A program made the position numbers and the translations under genes. DNA of 64,000 bases, from positions 744,001-808,000 of the forward strand of contig JAYWIR010000045.1 of assembly GCA_036172245.1 (NCBI GenBank). Direction: 5' to 3'. Under the pieces are notes generated by a model. It was not told where the DNA came from, did no database searches, and worked only from the letters and a program-made list of their open reading frames with translations. Positions 27,270 to 39,640 of the stretch are shown here, piece after piece. The DNA comes from Raillietiella orientalis (taxonomy: Eukaryota). Positions within the stretch are counted from its first letter, which is position 1; every line of letters starts with the position of its first letter.

Positions 27270-28880
27270 CATCTGGATAAGGGAAAGAACGGTATTTTGA
27301 AAGATTTCGGTTGGTCTAATGGACAGTCACATCTGGTACACGACGAGTAGCAATCTGCGAAAATCAAGAGCGACTTCACGCAGGTTTCCGATACGAAATG
27401 CGCACGGCTATACGGTGCTCGTGCGCCCGCCTCGCACGCAAAGCTCATCTCCACGGAGGCATCTCCGAACTGCTTGAGCACCTGTTCCTGATCCTCTTTC
27501 CTCTCTTCTGGAATGATCAATCTCTAACGATTGAGCAAAAGTTCTTCCCCACACAAAACAGGCTTAACATTTTTGGTTTTCCAGTTGCATATTATTGGTG
27601 TGCTGTCAAGTCTTCAATACACACTCTAGCCAAAAAGGAAAAGAAGAAAAAACTCCACCTACTGTAGAGGTGTGCTTTCGAGGCATGCAAATCATTACTC
27701 TCGGATTCATGGCTGGTATTTTTATCTGTAAGAGAGTCACTATGCTGTAGGGAGAAGGGCAAATTGATGCCCTTCGTAATTGGCGCGAAAGGATTTGTAG
27801 AATCCCACAAAAGCGGTTCAGCTTACACTTGCGTGTCAAACTGTTGCGGCCATTCCTCGTTTCGGGGGAAGGCATGCGATTCCTCAAAACTCCCTCAGGA
27901 CGAGAACACCCGCTACTCCTTCCCGATGTTTTTAAACCAAAGATCGAACCACGTTTCTGCTATTCTGATTTGACCAGAAAAGAAGGCTTTCTGTGCTGTG
28001 AGAGCCGTGCCGAGAGGATGCAATGCTGAATTATGATCGATCTGAGGTATAGTAGACGAGTGTAATAGTGCTGCTATAGCAGTCCGATAATCAATAACGT
28101 GCTCTCTGTACATCACATAGTGTTTCACGTGTTGGAGTTTTGCAATACTTGACGAAAGGCTCGGTAATCCATTGCGTAGAAAACCGCGTGACGTCAGCTG
28201 GTGTTGCCTGATGAGGAACGCGATAACAAACTCTTCAGAGTAATCGCCACGGTGTTAGCGATAGAGCTGTCTATCCTGATGAGACGGAGACAGAGAGGAT
28301 GGTATTCGTTTGGTCCGGATTCTGCTAAACAGAGATTTGTATGAAGCCAGCAACATTTACGTCCAGTTTCTTGGACGTTGATATTGCTGGCGTGCGATTT
28401 GAGAGCACTTTTTTTCCCCTCTCCTCCAGCGTTCCCTGCGATTTAGGCCTGTGAATCGAGGTTACTCCAACTCCAACTCTCACGTAGCCATTTTGCCAAG
28501 CTCGGATGCTTCATCTACCTTATTCAGTTGTCTCTGAGACAGCGGAGGTACTTTGGCTCCATGCAGGTAATAATCCTTGAGACAGAAACGGCTGGTTCCA
28601 CAGGCATCCAGCAAGAGTCTAGTTGTCCTCGGAGGCGAAAGCATCATGTCAATGTGACTCCAGTCGAAAAAAATGCTTCCCGTACGAACAAAACATCCAC
28701 TGGTATTGATCGAAAACCAATCTTTCTTGAGACCAGATGCTTGCTTAAGCAGTCAGCATGTTGACTGCGATCTTTCTCCTTGGCAAAAGCTGGATGTGTG
28801 TTTTTTTTTTCCTTGTTGACAACCAGAGGACTGGTACACATCGGAACGCAGACCGGATCTTCATACAAATCTGTATTTGG
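27270..28880 (-). mobile_element. Degenerate BEL/Pao pol (RT/RNase H) remnant
   Basis: In the expected order on the minus strand: HYVMYREHVIDY, LTRKCKLNRFCGI / WDSTNPFAPIT (TKRxxLS..FDPxGxxAP), IPEERKEDQEQVLKQF (WDxxIPxE) and KSLLIFADC (LHIFADAS). Confidence 0.55.
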
Positions 28881-29249
28881 CAAATTATCAAGAAATGTAT
28901 TGATCTTCTGTGAAGAGAGGCAAATAAATATTTATATGGAGAGAACGCTCGAAGGGATCTTTCGATCGGTCAGTCTGTCGGAAGAGACCGACAACTTCGC
29001 CGGATGGCTTGCTCAAGATGCCAGCATCTCCAGAGCAAGCCATCAGAAAACTCTCCAGACCATCCGAAGGGCGATGGTCTCAAAAAAAAAAAAAAAAACT
29101 AATCGACACTCTCACACATACCATGAGCTCTCGTGTCTGGTATGATATTCGAAGAGGTGACCAAAGCAAGCAATGGGCAGCTGGATCCCTAGCACCTGGA
29201 CGGGTGCAAGCGCCGCAGCATATTGAAATCTTCTTGATCCGTCATCGAG

Positions 29250-29660
29250 AAAGTCTAGGAAACCAGGACAAGATAAACCATCCTGGTCTCCTAAATGAAC
29301 TATTCTTGCGTCTAAGCGGCAGAAAGCCTTAGTTCTCCTGGATCCGCGTTAGCGGTCCCGTGGCTGCTGCTGCTTGCAAGTTCGAATTCGCAGTGGAGGA
29401 TCAATGCCGAGAATGGGGGAGATCATCGTGGGTTTCCAGTCCCTTCATCAGGATGATACTGGTTGGCCTGCAGGTGTGGCACTGGATGAAACCGGAAACC
29501 GGAAGCGCTCGATGACCAGCCGGGATTTGGAAGTTTATCCTCTGGGGTCCCTTCTGGGATTCAAGGAGCCAGTTCCATTCGGACTTCCCCTCCGGTTGCC
29601 AAAGCTGTGCTAGGGAGATAGAAAAGCGAGCTGTTTCTTCCCACGGAAGGGGAGGGGAAC
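29250..29660 (+). repeat. Copy A of unclassified dispersed repeat family (also at 36750-37510, 52545-53140, 53990-54640)
   Basis: Aligns by eye with the reverse complement of 37160-37510, for example aaaccatcc(t/c)ggtctcct(a/g)aatgaact, and with 52860-53135. Confidence 0.8.
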
Positions 29661-29669
29661 CCTATATTC

Positions 29670-30750
29670 TTCCTGAAGATCCTGAACCCAACACGACAAT
29701 GGCAAATTCACCTTTTGGATCCGCGCGTTTTAACTCAAGGAAGCAATTTAACTCTATCTAAAAGAGTATCTAAAAGCAGCTCCTGGATCAGTGGAAGTCA
29801 TGATCCATGCTGGACTGCGTCGCGTCCTCGTCCACTTCTTGCATGCCGGGGATCACCTGCGCTTCTCCAGCTTCGTGCAGGAGGCTCGATTACATCTGCC
29901 GGCGCGAGCGGGGCACCCGCAAGAAGGGTTGCAGACCGCGCGTGTCGGAGAGATGCTCGAGGTGGGATGAGCTGAGGGTTAGCGTCACGGAGCTCCTGAT
30001 GCGACGCTCATCGGGTACCATGGAGGGTGCCGGCTGCTGCGGACAGTTGCAGGGCGGTAGGCAACCAGGCAAGTTGGGATCCGCTGAGGAGTGCTCGCAG
30101 CGACTCTTTGCCCGGAGCATCAGCCCGGCCCAGGGGACGGGCGGCGCACATGCGTCACGCCGGGACAGAACCGGTTCTTCTCTCCACCGCTGCGCGCAGA
30201 ATGGTTCCGACGCCGTCACGAATTTGGCGCTACCATCGCCATCCAGGAAGGTGGCGCAAGAAGGTGGAAGAGGTTGAGGAAGGGGGGGGGGGGCGGAGAT
30301 TCCCGCGGAACCGCATACCTCCCAGAACGAAAGTCGGGGTAGAGTCAGCATGCGCAGTGCTGCCTGGCCACCGGAAGAAACTCGGCGGCAGGGCTGGAAG
30401 AAGAGAGGCAAAGGAAGACGCCAAATACAGGCGGCGGCCTCTCCCTCTCGGGCGACAGAGAGTGCTAGCTCCACTGGGAACGGCTGCGTAGGATTTTGGG
30501 AAATCTGAGATTCGAAGAGCAGAGGGATTTCCGGAGAACTGTGATCCCCTGCGGACAGGCAGAAGGTTGGAAGGTGATGGTGGTGTGCGTTAGCATCCAG
30601 CACAGCCAGGACATATTCTGGGGGACACATTTGTGTCAACCGGGAAGGGCGAGCTATCGGCAGGCGAGCAAGATGGCAGAAATGGAGGAGTCCTACGTCT
30701 CACGCATCCATCTGAGAAATAAGACTGCAGATGAAGTTCAGCGTTAGTAA
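29670..30750 (-). mobile_element. Degenerate LINE ORF2 fragment (endonuclease, linker, RT start)
   Basis: YVLAVLDANAHH (GDFNAHH), GLMLRAKSR (linker GAxxRSxxR) and VKLLP*...ICHCRVGFRIFRK (RT N-terminal RPIxLxxxxYKIF). Segment 29980-30190 has a diverged same-orientation copy at 39970-40170. Confidence 0.45.
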
Positions 30751-31289
30751 ATCAACCATTTGCATGGATCGAAAATCAGCTTGTCCTCACCTCAAACCCC
30801 TCTCTTCACGGGATGCACAGGGAGGGGCGGAGGATGTAGAATGCTTGGGAGGTAGAAACGAAATAGATGATAGAAATCCCTCTGGGTTCTTTTTTTTGAC
30901 CGCTTTCCTTTCAGCTTTTTTTTCTTCTGGTTCTCCAAGTCTGAAAAACCATTTGCTTCCTCAGAGGGAGCTCTTCAACGCTGGTCCACGCCGCTCGAGG
31001 GTGCATGCAATTCCTCGAGTTAGGGGCCACCCTGCAGAGACCACTCTATAAATGCAGGAAGGCTCCGCAGAGAGGAGTCCATTCCTCTCACTCTCGAAAG
31101 TGGACCTCAAAAGAAACCCTCGCTCTGATTTCCACCGGGACACGCCGTGGCGTTTCTTGGAATTAAAAAGAAGACTCACAAATTGTGGTGGGATGCGTGG
31201 TCCTAACACGATCAGTTTGTGCATGGACCTGCCAGGTTGCCAGTCCGCAGACCGGTGAGGTTCACCTCATTAGTGGAGGGGAAGGGGAA

Positions 31290-34200
31290 ACAAAATAAAA
31301 CAAAATTAAAAGAAATAAAAACACTGTGGAGGGACAGGAAGGAATCACAGTCTGCTGGAGGGAATCCTCTACATCCTTTCCAGGATACCGGATAGGTTGG
31401 TCCTGATTGTACTCAGGTGAAGCCGTCTTGCTGCTATCCGCAGAAAGGGAAGTGCATACTCGATGGCGTCCCTTTCGTTCGTTCCTGCATCAGCCTCGCT
31501 CCAGGCCGCCACAATCCCGCCAATGTAGCAATGAGCTGCTAAGGCTACGGTTGGCGGTAGGGTATCCCGTGTAGAGAGGCGTTTTACAAGGTTCCCAGAG
31601 TTGCCAACCGGGGTCCGTAGGGTCGTCTTCAAAAGTTCTAATAGGGGCCAAAGGGCAACACATCTACAAGCAAGTGAAGGAGGGACTCTCGTTCTCCGCA
31701 CCTGCGACAGTACAGGCTCACACTCCCCAGTGTCCCCAACTTGCTCTCCAGGAACGGGCTAAGTGCCATCTCTACTCTGTGGAGAAGGCCAGACCAGGCT
31801 TCTAGTAGGCAGAATTTCCCCAATAAAACGCCAAGGTGCTTCAAGCCCTTTGGCTGGACGGCCCACTTTACACTAACCGCAACCACCGACGATTTTGACC
31901 TGTTCACTTCCAAGCCTGTCCAGTGGCTTAACAACTCGAAGTCCTCGATTTATGACGCCAGAGTGGACGAGAGGAGAAGCAGCAGAAGATCGTTGGCATA
32001 CGCTGACACGGCAGGCGCACCGAGGCAGGAGCTCGGCAGAGTGGCCAGAGTCGTCGTGTATGCTCTCAACACCAACTCTATGTTAAAGAGCAGGGGATCA
32101 GGCTATCTCCCTGCCTTATGCCGCGCCGAATAGTCAAAACGTCATGCACGCTTCGACTGCTGAAAGAAATGTTTTTCAGAGCGTCTCGCCAGCGGGAGCG
32201 CAGGTAGTTCGTTAATGAGGCCAGGAAGGCGATTCATTCCAGAAGGAGCTCCTGGTCGACGCAGTCGAATGCTTTTTGCTGCAGCCATTGACATCTTTTT
32301 CACAAAGTTTATTTTTTTTTTTTTAATAAACGACCCGGAAAAATCCGGGTGAAAATCAAATGCCTTTCGCAGGTCGACTGCGACCGCTAGGATTCCTATT
32401 CCCTCTGGCTTTCCTTTTCCTCCCCAGCGGACATCCCGAGATTCGGGTTGCCGACAATCCTTTTCTTTCCCTCCTCCTCTTTGTGTCTCAAACCATGTGC
32501 TATAGAAGAACAGTTTGCCATCCATACTTTGCCCGGGAACAGCGTAGGTCTGCTCCGGGCTGACTATGGATCCCGCCACCCGTCCCAATCTCTCAGCCCA
32601 TAGTTTCTCCAGCAACTTGGCGTCCGCGTTCACCACGGTGATCGGACGCCAATTGTTTATTAATCTAAGGTCTCCTCCGTTGAGGAGGAGATGCACCCTT
32701 GATGATCGGAACGAGGCGGGAACATCGCCTGCATCCCTAATCAGCAAAGTTAACTCCAGGGAGGTTATCCTGTCGCGAAGCACTGGTAAAACTACGCAGA
32801 CAGGTCGTCTTCCCCTGGAGCCTTCTGTCACAGTCAGAGGCGCCCTACACACCTCCTGAACATGGCTGACTCTGGTGGTGCTGCAGTCGCAACATTCTAT
32901 GTCTCCGCTCCCCTGGTACCTTCCACCTCTTGAGCTTCCCGACGGCATGGTTATCTCACCGATTGTGAAAGGTTCGTTAAGGCTTACCCTCATCCTCCTC
33001 TATCGCTGGAGCGACCATCTGGCAGCAAAAGCTGCTAGAAATGTCGCTCCGAAGGTTCCCTCGCGTAAAGGGAGGAAGGAAATCTTATTGAAATTTTTAC
33101 CTGCGATGGAATCCAGTGTTCCTAGTCCTGGTCATCCAGCAAGCTGGCCAACCCACACTGCCAGGCGGGTGGCTGCCAACCCTTGGCGCTCAGTCCCGGC
33201 TCTGTACTACGCAAGGCGTCGCACGTTGGGGTTTCCTGGTGTAACGTCGGACGTGCAAGTACGCCCTTTCGTTACGGACCCCTTCTCCAAACCCTACCTT
33301 GCTCACGGGCAGTATCGCCGCCGCTGATCTTCAGGGAGGCGCAATTATTGCTAGCTGAAAACAACTCCAAACCCTACGGGCAGATGGTCCGGGGGAAACT
33401 GCTCGCAGAATTCTCTGACTGAGCGTTTCAAACGATTCCAGTCCAAAAGATTCTGGAGGGTCAAGTCTCTCAGGAATTCGTGAAGATATTCCGCTGCTCC
33501 AGGGAGGTTCAACCAGTTCTCTGAGAGGCGCCGGGTCTTGGAAGGAGGTCCTTTGTAGCATGGGCAAATCTTAAAGGAAGTCATCCGATCCGGGAATGGT
33601 CGGAGAGAGTCGATCTCAATCTGCCTCGCTCGCCGACCCGTGGGCACAGGTCTTGGTCGAGGAAGACGTGGTCGAAGCTGCCCTTTATCCCCAATTGTCC
33701 CTCCAACAAGTTGCGCTCGCGCATTGCCTCTCACAACTCGTTGGCCGCGTCTTCCTGTGCACGCGGCACATGGGAAAGCAGGTGGAGGTTGGAATCTCCG
33801 CCTATCAGGCGCGCCCACCTGCCTCGGCCACCATTCGCGCTTCAAATAGTTCAAGAACGTAGTTCTCTTTGCATGCCCGTTCTTGCCTCTGGGAGCATAC
33901 ACGTCGGTTACGACAAGGGCGCTAGAGTCGGTCCACCTGAGAATCAGCTGGCCGGGAAGCGAGCGCGTCCCGTACGGCTGCGTCGACGGTTGGTTGCAGA
34001 AGGTACATCACCCTACGGGATTTACGGGGACCGCAACGCCATAGCAGCCATCCCTCCAGTTGCCTACTGGCGGGGTGGGAGGTTGTCTGAACTATCGCAG
34101 GAGCCACCCGACCCTTGGGCGACTGGAGGACTTGCGAGCTGGCAGACGACGACGCTCCTCTCAGTTGTGCCAAGGGACTCTTTCGGTGGGGCGAACTCCC

Positions 34201-36560
34201 GAGTGTGTCCCCCGAAGAACTTGTGGTTTCTCCCACGTGCGTGGACACTTCTATGTTTCCCTTTCCATGGAAACAGGACGTGCTTTTGCTGGTGATTGGG
34301 GCTATCATTGCAACCAGCGCGCAAACATTGTTTCCGGGGGAGTTGTCTCCTTGAACGCTTCCGCCCCTGCTCTTTGACTGAGATGTCCTCCAAGAACTGT
34401 GGCAAAGGCTCCAGCACTCCTGCACCAGAGGGACACCACAAGGACTTCTAGGCGCCGCTTCTTCTCACCAGGCGGCCCTTTGTTAGGTGCGGTCATCACA
34501 ACGATCTGTCTCATCCGCGTCATCGCCACGGCCCGCCGCCATCTGGAGTCGCGCGCGATTCTTCGAGAGGTCATCTCAATCGCCGACGTCAACATGACGG
34601 CTGCCAGTGGCCTCATCTTCCAGAAGAAGCGAGGAAGGAGATCTCCGGTAGCCAATGCCGGTTCTGAAAGGATGGAATGACCGAATCCAAAGACTCCTGT
34701 CCTCAACTCCCCTCATATCTTTTTTGTATTTTTTAGATATTTACTTGTGGTCCCCTCCCTCCCATTCTGGACTTTCGGTGTGACCGACTTGCGTGTCGGA
34801 GAGCTCACCCTCGAACTTCTGTTCCCTTTTTCTGGGAACCTTGTTCCCAGATAGTTTTTAATAAACGCCCCGGTTCACCTGGATGAAAAGCAGCCGTCCT
34901 TCTGTGATTGTTTAGATCACCTGGGCGTCCTCTGCGGAGATCACATGGATCTCCTGCAGGAGCACCACGTCGAAGTTTCTCAGCGCGGTGGCTATGTCTC
35001 GTCTTCGTCGCGCAGCTCGTTGACGTTCCAGCAGGCCACGCAGATTCTGCGGCAGGAGGCGACCTCATTCCCTATTGCTGGGAAGTTAGCATTGCAGCTC
35101 CCGCCTGTTGCTCGGCGGGATGCGAGTAGAGAGATCGAGTACCTGAGCACAGCAAGAGCGCGGCCGGGAAGCCCATGCGTACTAGAAGAAGCTCCTGGTC
35201 GACGCATCACGGATACCCTGCTCGGAGTTGAAGCGTGGGACTTTTTCACCCTGGAAGTCCCGCGTTCCCATGCTGCAGGATTCCCCTTCGGACGCCAGCT
35301 TTTTCTCCTAGCAAAGGGGGACGTACCTCTGCGGCGCCTTGGACTTGCATCCTGACTCCCTGAGGGGCCTCGACGGAGGATGCGCTTCCGGCCTCGCGGC
35401 GGGAGTCTGAGATATCTCTCCCCCCTCTGAGGTCACGGACCGTTTCAGGGTCTTTTTCGCGTCCTGGACTGGCTGTCTCAGCATGGCTGCCAGCACCTCC
35501 ACCGCTTGCACGAAGGTGGCGTCCTGGCGTCCAGCCGGTGAGTCGCTCAGTTCATCCTCTGCTTGCAGAAAACGTTCGCGTTCGCGAGTCCCAGAGGAGG
35601 GAGCGGTTTCTCTTGCGGTAGCAGCTTCGATTGCCGGAACGCGACCGATGGCCACCTTGCATTTTCGGATTTTTTCGCAACGCGGGTGGAGGAGTTGTCC
35701 GTTTTTGCCTGCCTTCTTTCCTTCCTTTTGGAACTCTACCAGCTTCCAGACCTCTTCTGCGTCAGCTGCTTCGGAAATTTGTGTTTCCGACTTCTGCTGT
35801 TCGTGTTGGAACTTTGCCTGCTGATGTCATCCGTCCTCCTTTTGTTTTTTCTTTTTCGGTTTGTAAGCGCGCTTTCCTTTCCTGAGCCATTGAGGACTGG
35901 AAATACATTTTTCGGGCACATTTGCCTAACTTGTCCCTTGTTTCCGCAAAGGTGGCACTGAATGCTTGAGCATCTCTTTTTTAAATGTCCCGTGACATCA
36001 CAGTGGCCACCGTACTTGGGCTTCCCCACGCACCAAAATCGACCGGATCGGTGTCGATCTTCAGTTTGTGGAGGGGCCCGCCGTTCTCGCTCTCTGAGTG
36101 TAGCCCTCCAAAGCCCTTAGAGGGGCTGCGCTTGGCCCATCTTGCGTGAACGGTGACGTATTTTTCAAGTTCCACATGCACATCATTCTTGAGCATGGGG
36201 AGCGTGATGCCCGTGAGGTGGACCACTATGGAGCGGTCCTCCGTCACGGGAAAGATCTTGCGGCTTTCCGCCGTAATTGGGGTCTTCAGCGAGCGTTGTG
36301 CTAGCTCTGCATTCTTGCAGGTCAGCTCAACTGCTGGCTCACGCTTCGTATGGAAAGCCCTTTGAAGTCTTCCTCCTGGACACTTAAATTGCGCAGCTCC
36401 CTCGCGAAGAAGCGCGCAGTGCTTTCCTCAGACAGGCCCTACCTTGTAGATCAGGGAGGGTTTGTAGGCCTGGGCCCGATAAGCATTCGATTCGGCCATG
36501 AATGCCGCTAATGATGCTGCAGTCACAGCACTCCATTTCTTTGCTCCGGCGAGGTTGATT
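31290..36560 (-). mobile_element. Decayed two-ORF non-LTR retrotransposon (L1/Tx1-like), internally deleted and interrupted
   Basis: ORF1 has IVVHLTGITLPMLKNDVHVELEKY and zinc knuckles HCDVTGHLKKRC..CHLCGNKGQVRQMC. The ORF2 endonuclease has CWNVNELR, FDVVLLQEIH, YAP and IGGDSN. The RT has NWRPITVVNADAKLL, IVSPEQTYAVPG, VDLRKAFD, RRGIRQGDSL, SAYANDL (YADD), GLEVNRSKS and KHLGV. The C-terminus has CRRCGERESLLHLL, followed by a T-rich 3' end. Many frameshifts and stops. Confidence 0.85.
34060..34800 (+). mobile_element. 3' fragment of a second LINE nested antisense within the Tx1-like endonuclease
   Basis: Separates the DVVLLQE motif from the YAP/GDSN motifs by ~0.8 kb. The plus strand reads TLPPLLFD*DVLQELWQRL (decayed ETxxHLLFDCxxxxxLW) and LIRVIATARRHLESR, followed by a T-rich tract at 34715-34745. 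Confidence 0.4.
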
Positions 36561-36749
36561 CCGTGAAGGCGGGCGCCTTCATTCCCACTGCTCCGGGAGA
36601 AGAATTGGTCTCCTCTCCCCTAACATATATCGTGGTGTCTTCTGGCATTGCTACCATGCAGCACAAGAGTCGATGCAGCATTACACAAACACTGAGGAAA
36701 AAGTCCCCGACTTTAGGCTAGTTGAAGCACTGAAAAAGCACGTCCGCAC

Positions 36750-37510
36750 AGTATGGGGATCTCCGAAGGGAACCTCTTCCTTATTCTTTCCGGGAAAAGC
36801 AAGAGAAATCAAGGGGAAAGCAAGGGAATCCCTGAAGATTTGCCTTTCTTCCTGAGGTACAAAGGGAAGGATTTATTATCTTATTCTCTCCAGAGAGACC
36901 TCCCGGAGGAGGCCACTCCTCGTTTCTTCCCCGAAGGGAATCCGGAAAGGATCTGCTCCTGGAATTTCTCCTCCGAAAGGAACCCGCAAGAGAACCTTGT
37001 TACTCCTTTGAGGAGAAGGAACGCTTCCAAATTTCCCTAAAGGGTCCGCTCCCCGACGGGAGCAGTGAGCTTCTCAAACTCTGGAGAGGCATCAAACAGC
37101 TCCATGGTACGCGATGGAGGGTTCCCTTCTGAGGATGAGAAATAGCTTCATCTTTCACAACCGAGGAAAACCGACTTGATTCGTGGAAGGATCCCGGAGG
37201 GTCGAATTCTTATCCGGTCAGTCAACGGGGACATCGTATTTCCGGCTTCCATCAGTGCTGCACCTGAAGCCTACAGACCAGCCAGAGTCATCCTGAGAAG
37301 GAGACTCGAAACCCACGACTCTCCCCCTGTTCCCAGCGTTGATCCTTCCCTGGATTGGATTAGAACCCGTGACGCTTGGTGCACTGAGCAGCAGCCTCAG
37401 CCCCGGACCGCCAACGTGGGCCCAGGAGAGCTAGTTCTTGCTGCCTAAACCCAAGAAGAGTTCATTCAGGAGACCGGGATGGTTTCTGTAGTCCTGGCTT
37501 CTAAGATTTT
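36750..37510 (-). repeat. Copy B of unclassified dispersed repeat, with degenerate ~40-bp tandem sub-repeats (36760-37040) and a conserved hairpin (37099-37122)
   Basis: Sub-repeat units such as tccccgaagggaatccggaaaggatctgctcctggaatttct. The 24-mer gctccatggtacgcgatggagggt is identical to 52807-52830. A partial copy lies at 38580-38640. Confidence 0.85.
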
Positions 37511-37736
37511 CTCAATGGCAAATCAAAAAGGTTTTAGCTCTTATCCACCCTTCCAGCGACTTTCCCTTCCGTTGGGCAGTATTAACCCCTGAGATGCTTC
37601 TTTCCACACTCTTGAAACGAAGATGATCGATCATCGGGTGTGTTATTAGAAGTGAAAGATCACATCGTCTTTCCACTTTGCATGTCTCTCCCGCAGCGCA
37701 TGAGATCTCCATGCTCATGTTTTCTCCCATTCGAAT

Positions 37737-37780
37737 GGTCCATCCAAATGGAGTCGGTCACGGCTCCATTTGGATGGACC
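37737..37780. repeat. Perfect 17-bp inverted repeat (hairpin)
   Basis: ggtccatccaaatggag-tcggtcacgg-ctccatttggatggacc. The stem extends to 20 bp with one G-U pair, leaving a 4-nt loop. Confidence 0.95.
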
Positions 37781-38699
37781 TTCCGGTTCCTTCCTTGAAA
37801 TGCTGCCATAATGACCTGCGCCGCCTTCATTCTGCCTAGTCGTTAAGCTAAGGGCCACGTGTCGCTAACTGCCCACGCACTTAGCCAGTCCTCCAGTCTG
37901 GGAGCCGCGCTTCCAGTGTGAAGCTCCGGCACTTGCTGCACTTAGGAGGTGGGAGGAACCCTTGCTTCTTCCGCACTGCTGAAGGCGGCTCAAATGACCC
38001 GCGGCATAAGATGAAACGTGCGCACGCGGATGTCCGCCACACACGCTCAGTCTCTCCGCTTCCTTTCTCTTTCCCGTTTCCTCTGGCAGCGTTAAGCGTG
38101 GGTTTCGAAGTTACGGGTTGCGACCCGCCCTTATTGTGTGTCCGGTTTTCCCCTTTGTTAGCAGCAGAGCGTTTTGCAATACCTCAGGGGAGCGAAGGAC
38201 ACGTCCCGGCAGGCTTCCGCACGCTCCTCGCGGGAGAAAAACAGCAGGATGCTGGGGAAGTCGCGTCCACATTCTCCCTGAGGCCTCCGTGTTCAAAACT
38301 CTCGAACCCAAAAGCGGTCCGTGGGATGAGGTGCCGGGAATTCGACACCTTCCAAGAGGATCGTCTGCAGGCTGAACCCAGCCTCATGGAATTCGCCTCC
38401 TTGCAAACGAAAACACACAGCACAAGCGTTCTGGAAGCGAACCAGCGGGGCTCCAAACTCGTGGCTCTGTGGAAATGGCGTTGGCTCAGTGGCAGACGTG
38501 AGGTCTCTTTGTCATCTGTGAGCACACTTGGATGCAAAGAAAACCGGTACAGACTTTGGGCACAAAGTAGGAGCACAAAGGGAGAGCAAGGGAATCCGTG
38601 GAGGTCCGCCTTCCTTCCTGAGGTACAGAGGGAAGAAATTTATCAGGAACTTCGTTTTTCTGTTTTTTTTTTTATTTTCATTTTTTCTTTCTATGAACG

Positions 38700-39640
38700 G
38701 GATATGATGAGCGGAATCGAGGTGGACGCTAATCGTTTTCCTCTATTCCGCAGAGATCTGTTGACCACTTCCTCGAAGAAACTTTTTGTTTTTTTCCCGG
38801 CTTTCGTGGCACTGTCGTATTGGCCAACGTTGGGGTGCTGCTTGGGCGACCGCTGGCTTCCCGAGATTTTACGAAAGGGTGTCGAGACTCCTACTGGGTT
38901 CGCAGCGCTTCCCGTTGCGAGTAAGCATTCGCGTTGGTGTTCTTCCTCATAGGAAGGAGGCCTCCGCCGTCGTCATAGGCTCCACCGTCTCTCCTGAGAG
39001 GCATCGCCTCCTCCGCCCCCACCTCCTTTCCTCACCCAACGAAATGGCTGCTGCGACCGGGTTCTACCGGGTCCTTTGGGCTATCTCCTGCTCTTCCGAA
39101 CGAATTCGTGCTTTGGAGAGTCAGGGAAAGAACGCTGGTCACGTTTGTCCTCGTGACAAAAGGATACAGGTACAGAAGGTGGAGGAAGCGAGAATTCGAC
39201 AGCCAAAGGACACCGATGCCCGAAGAAGAAAACTCCGAAAATCAGGAGGCGGTCCGTTCGGGAGAAATCCACGGCACAGTCGATGGAATCCGTCCGTCCA
39301 AACAACACCGTGTCGGCGGCCTTTAAAAGTTCACCTCTAAACCTCCGTGTGAATGTGACCCTGCCACACTCTTGGGAACTGTCGCAGTCCTCTGCCTTCC
39401 TTCCACTCCCTTTCTCAATAATTAAAGACTTTCTGAGAGTCCACTCAAGTCTGGAACCTTTGATACGCTATCCGGGAAGCACTCCAGCTGCAGTGATACG
39501 TTTTCCAGCAGGAAACAACTTTGCTTTTTCTTCGAAACCCCACTATGGTCTCGCACCCTCCTTCTTCCCTTTCCTTCCTTACTCCTCTTCCCACTCTGGA
39601 GTGAACCTTTTTTCTTCATCTCTGAATTCGCTCAGTGACG
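38700..39640 (-). mobile_element. Degenerate hAT transposase remnant (SPIN/Buster/GTF2IRD2-like)
   Basis: The minus strand has DEEKRFTPEWEEE (RxFxxEW), PPSYEEEHQRECLLA...P...FRKISGSQRS (PFxxGEFxKECLL...FxxISLSxxT) and, after a frameshift, STDLCG (DESTD). Confidence 0.4.

Noticed and set aside
36760..37040. CRISPR-like array suggested by ~40-bp periodicity
   Set aside because: The units are degenerate tandem repeats with no unique spacers, there are no cas genes, and the context is eukaryotic.
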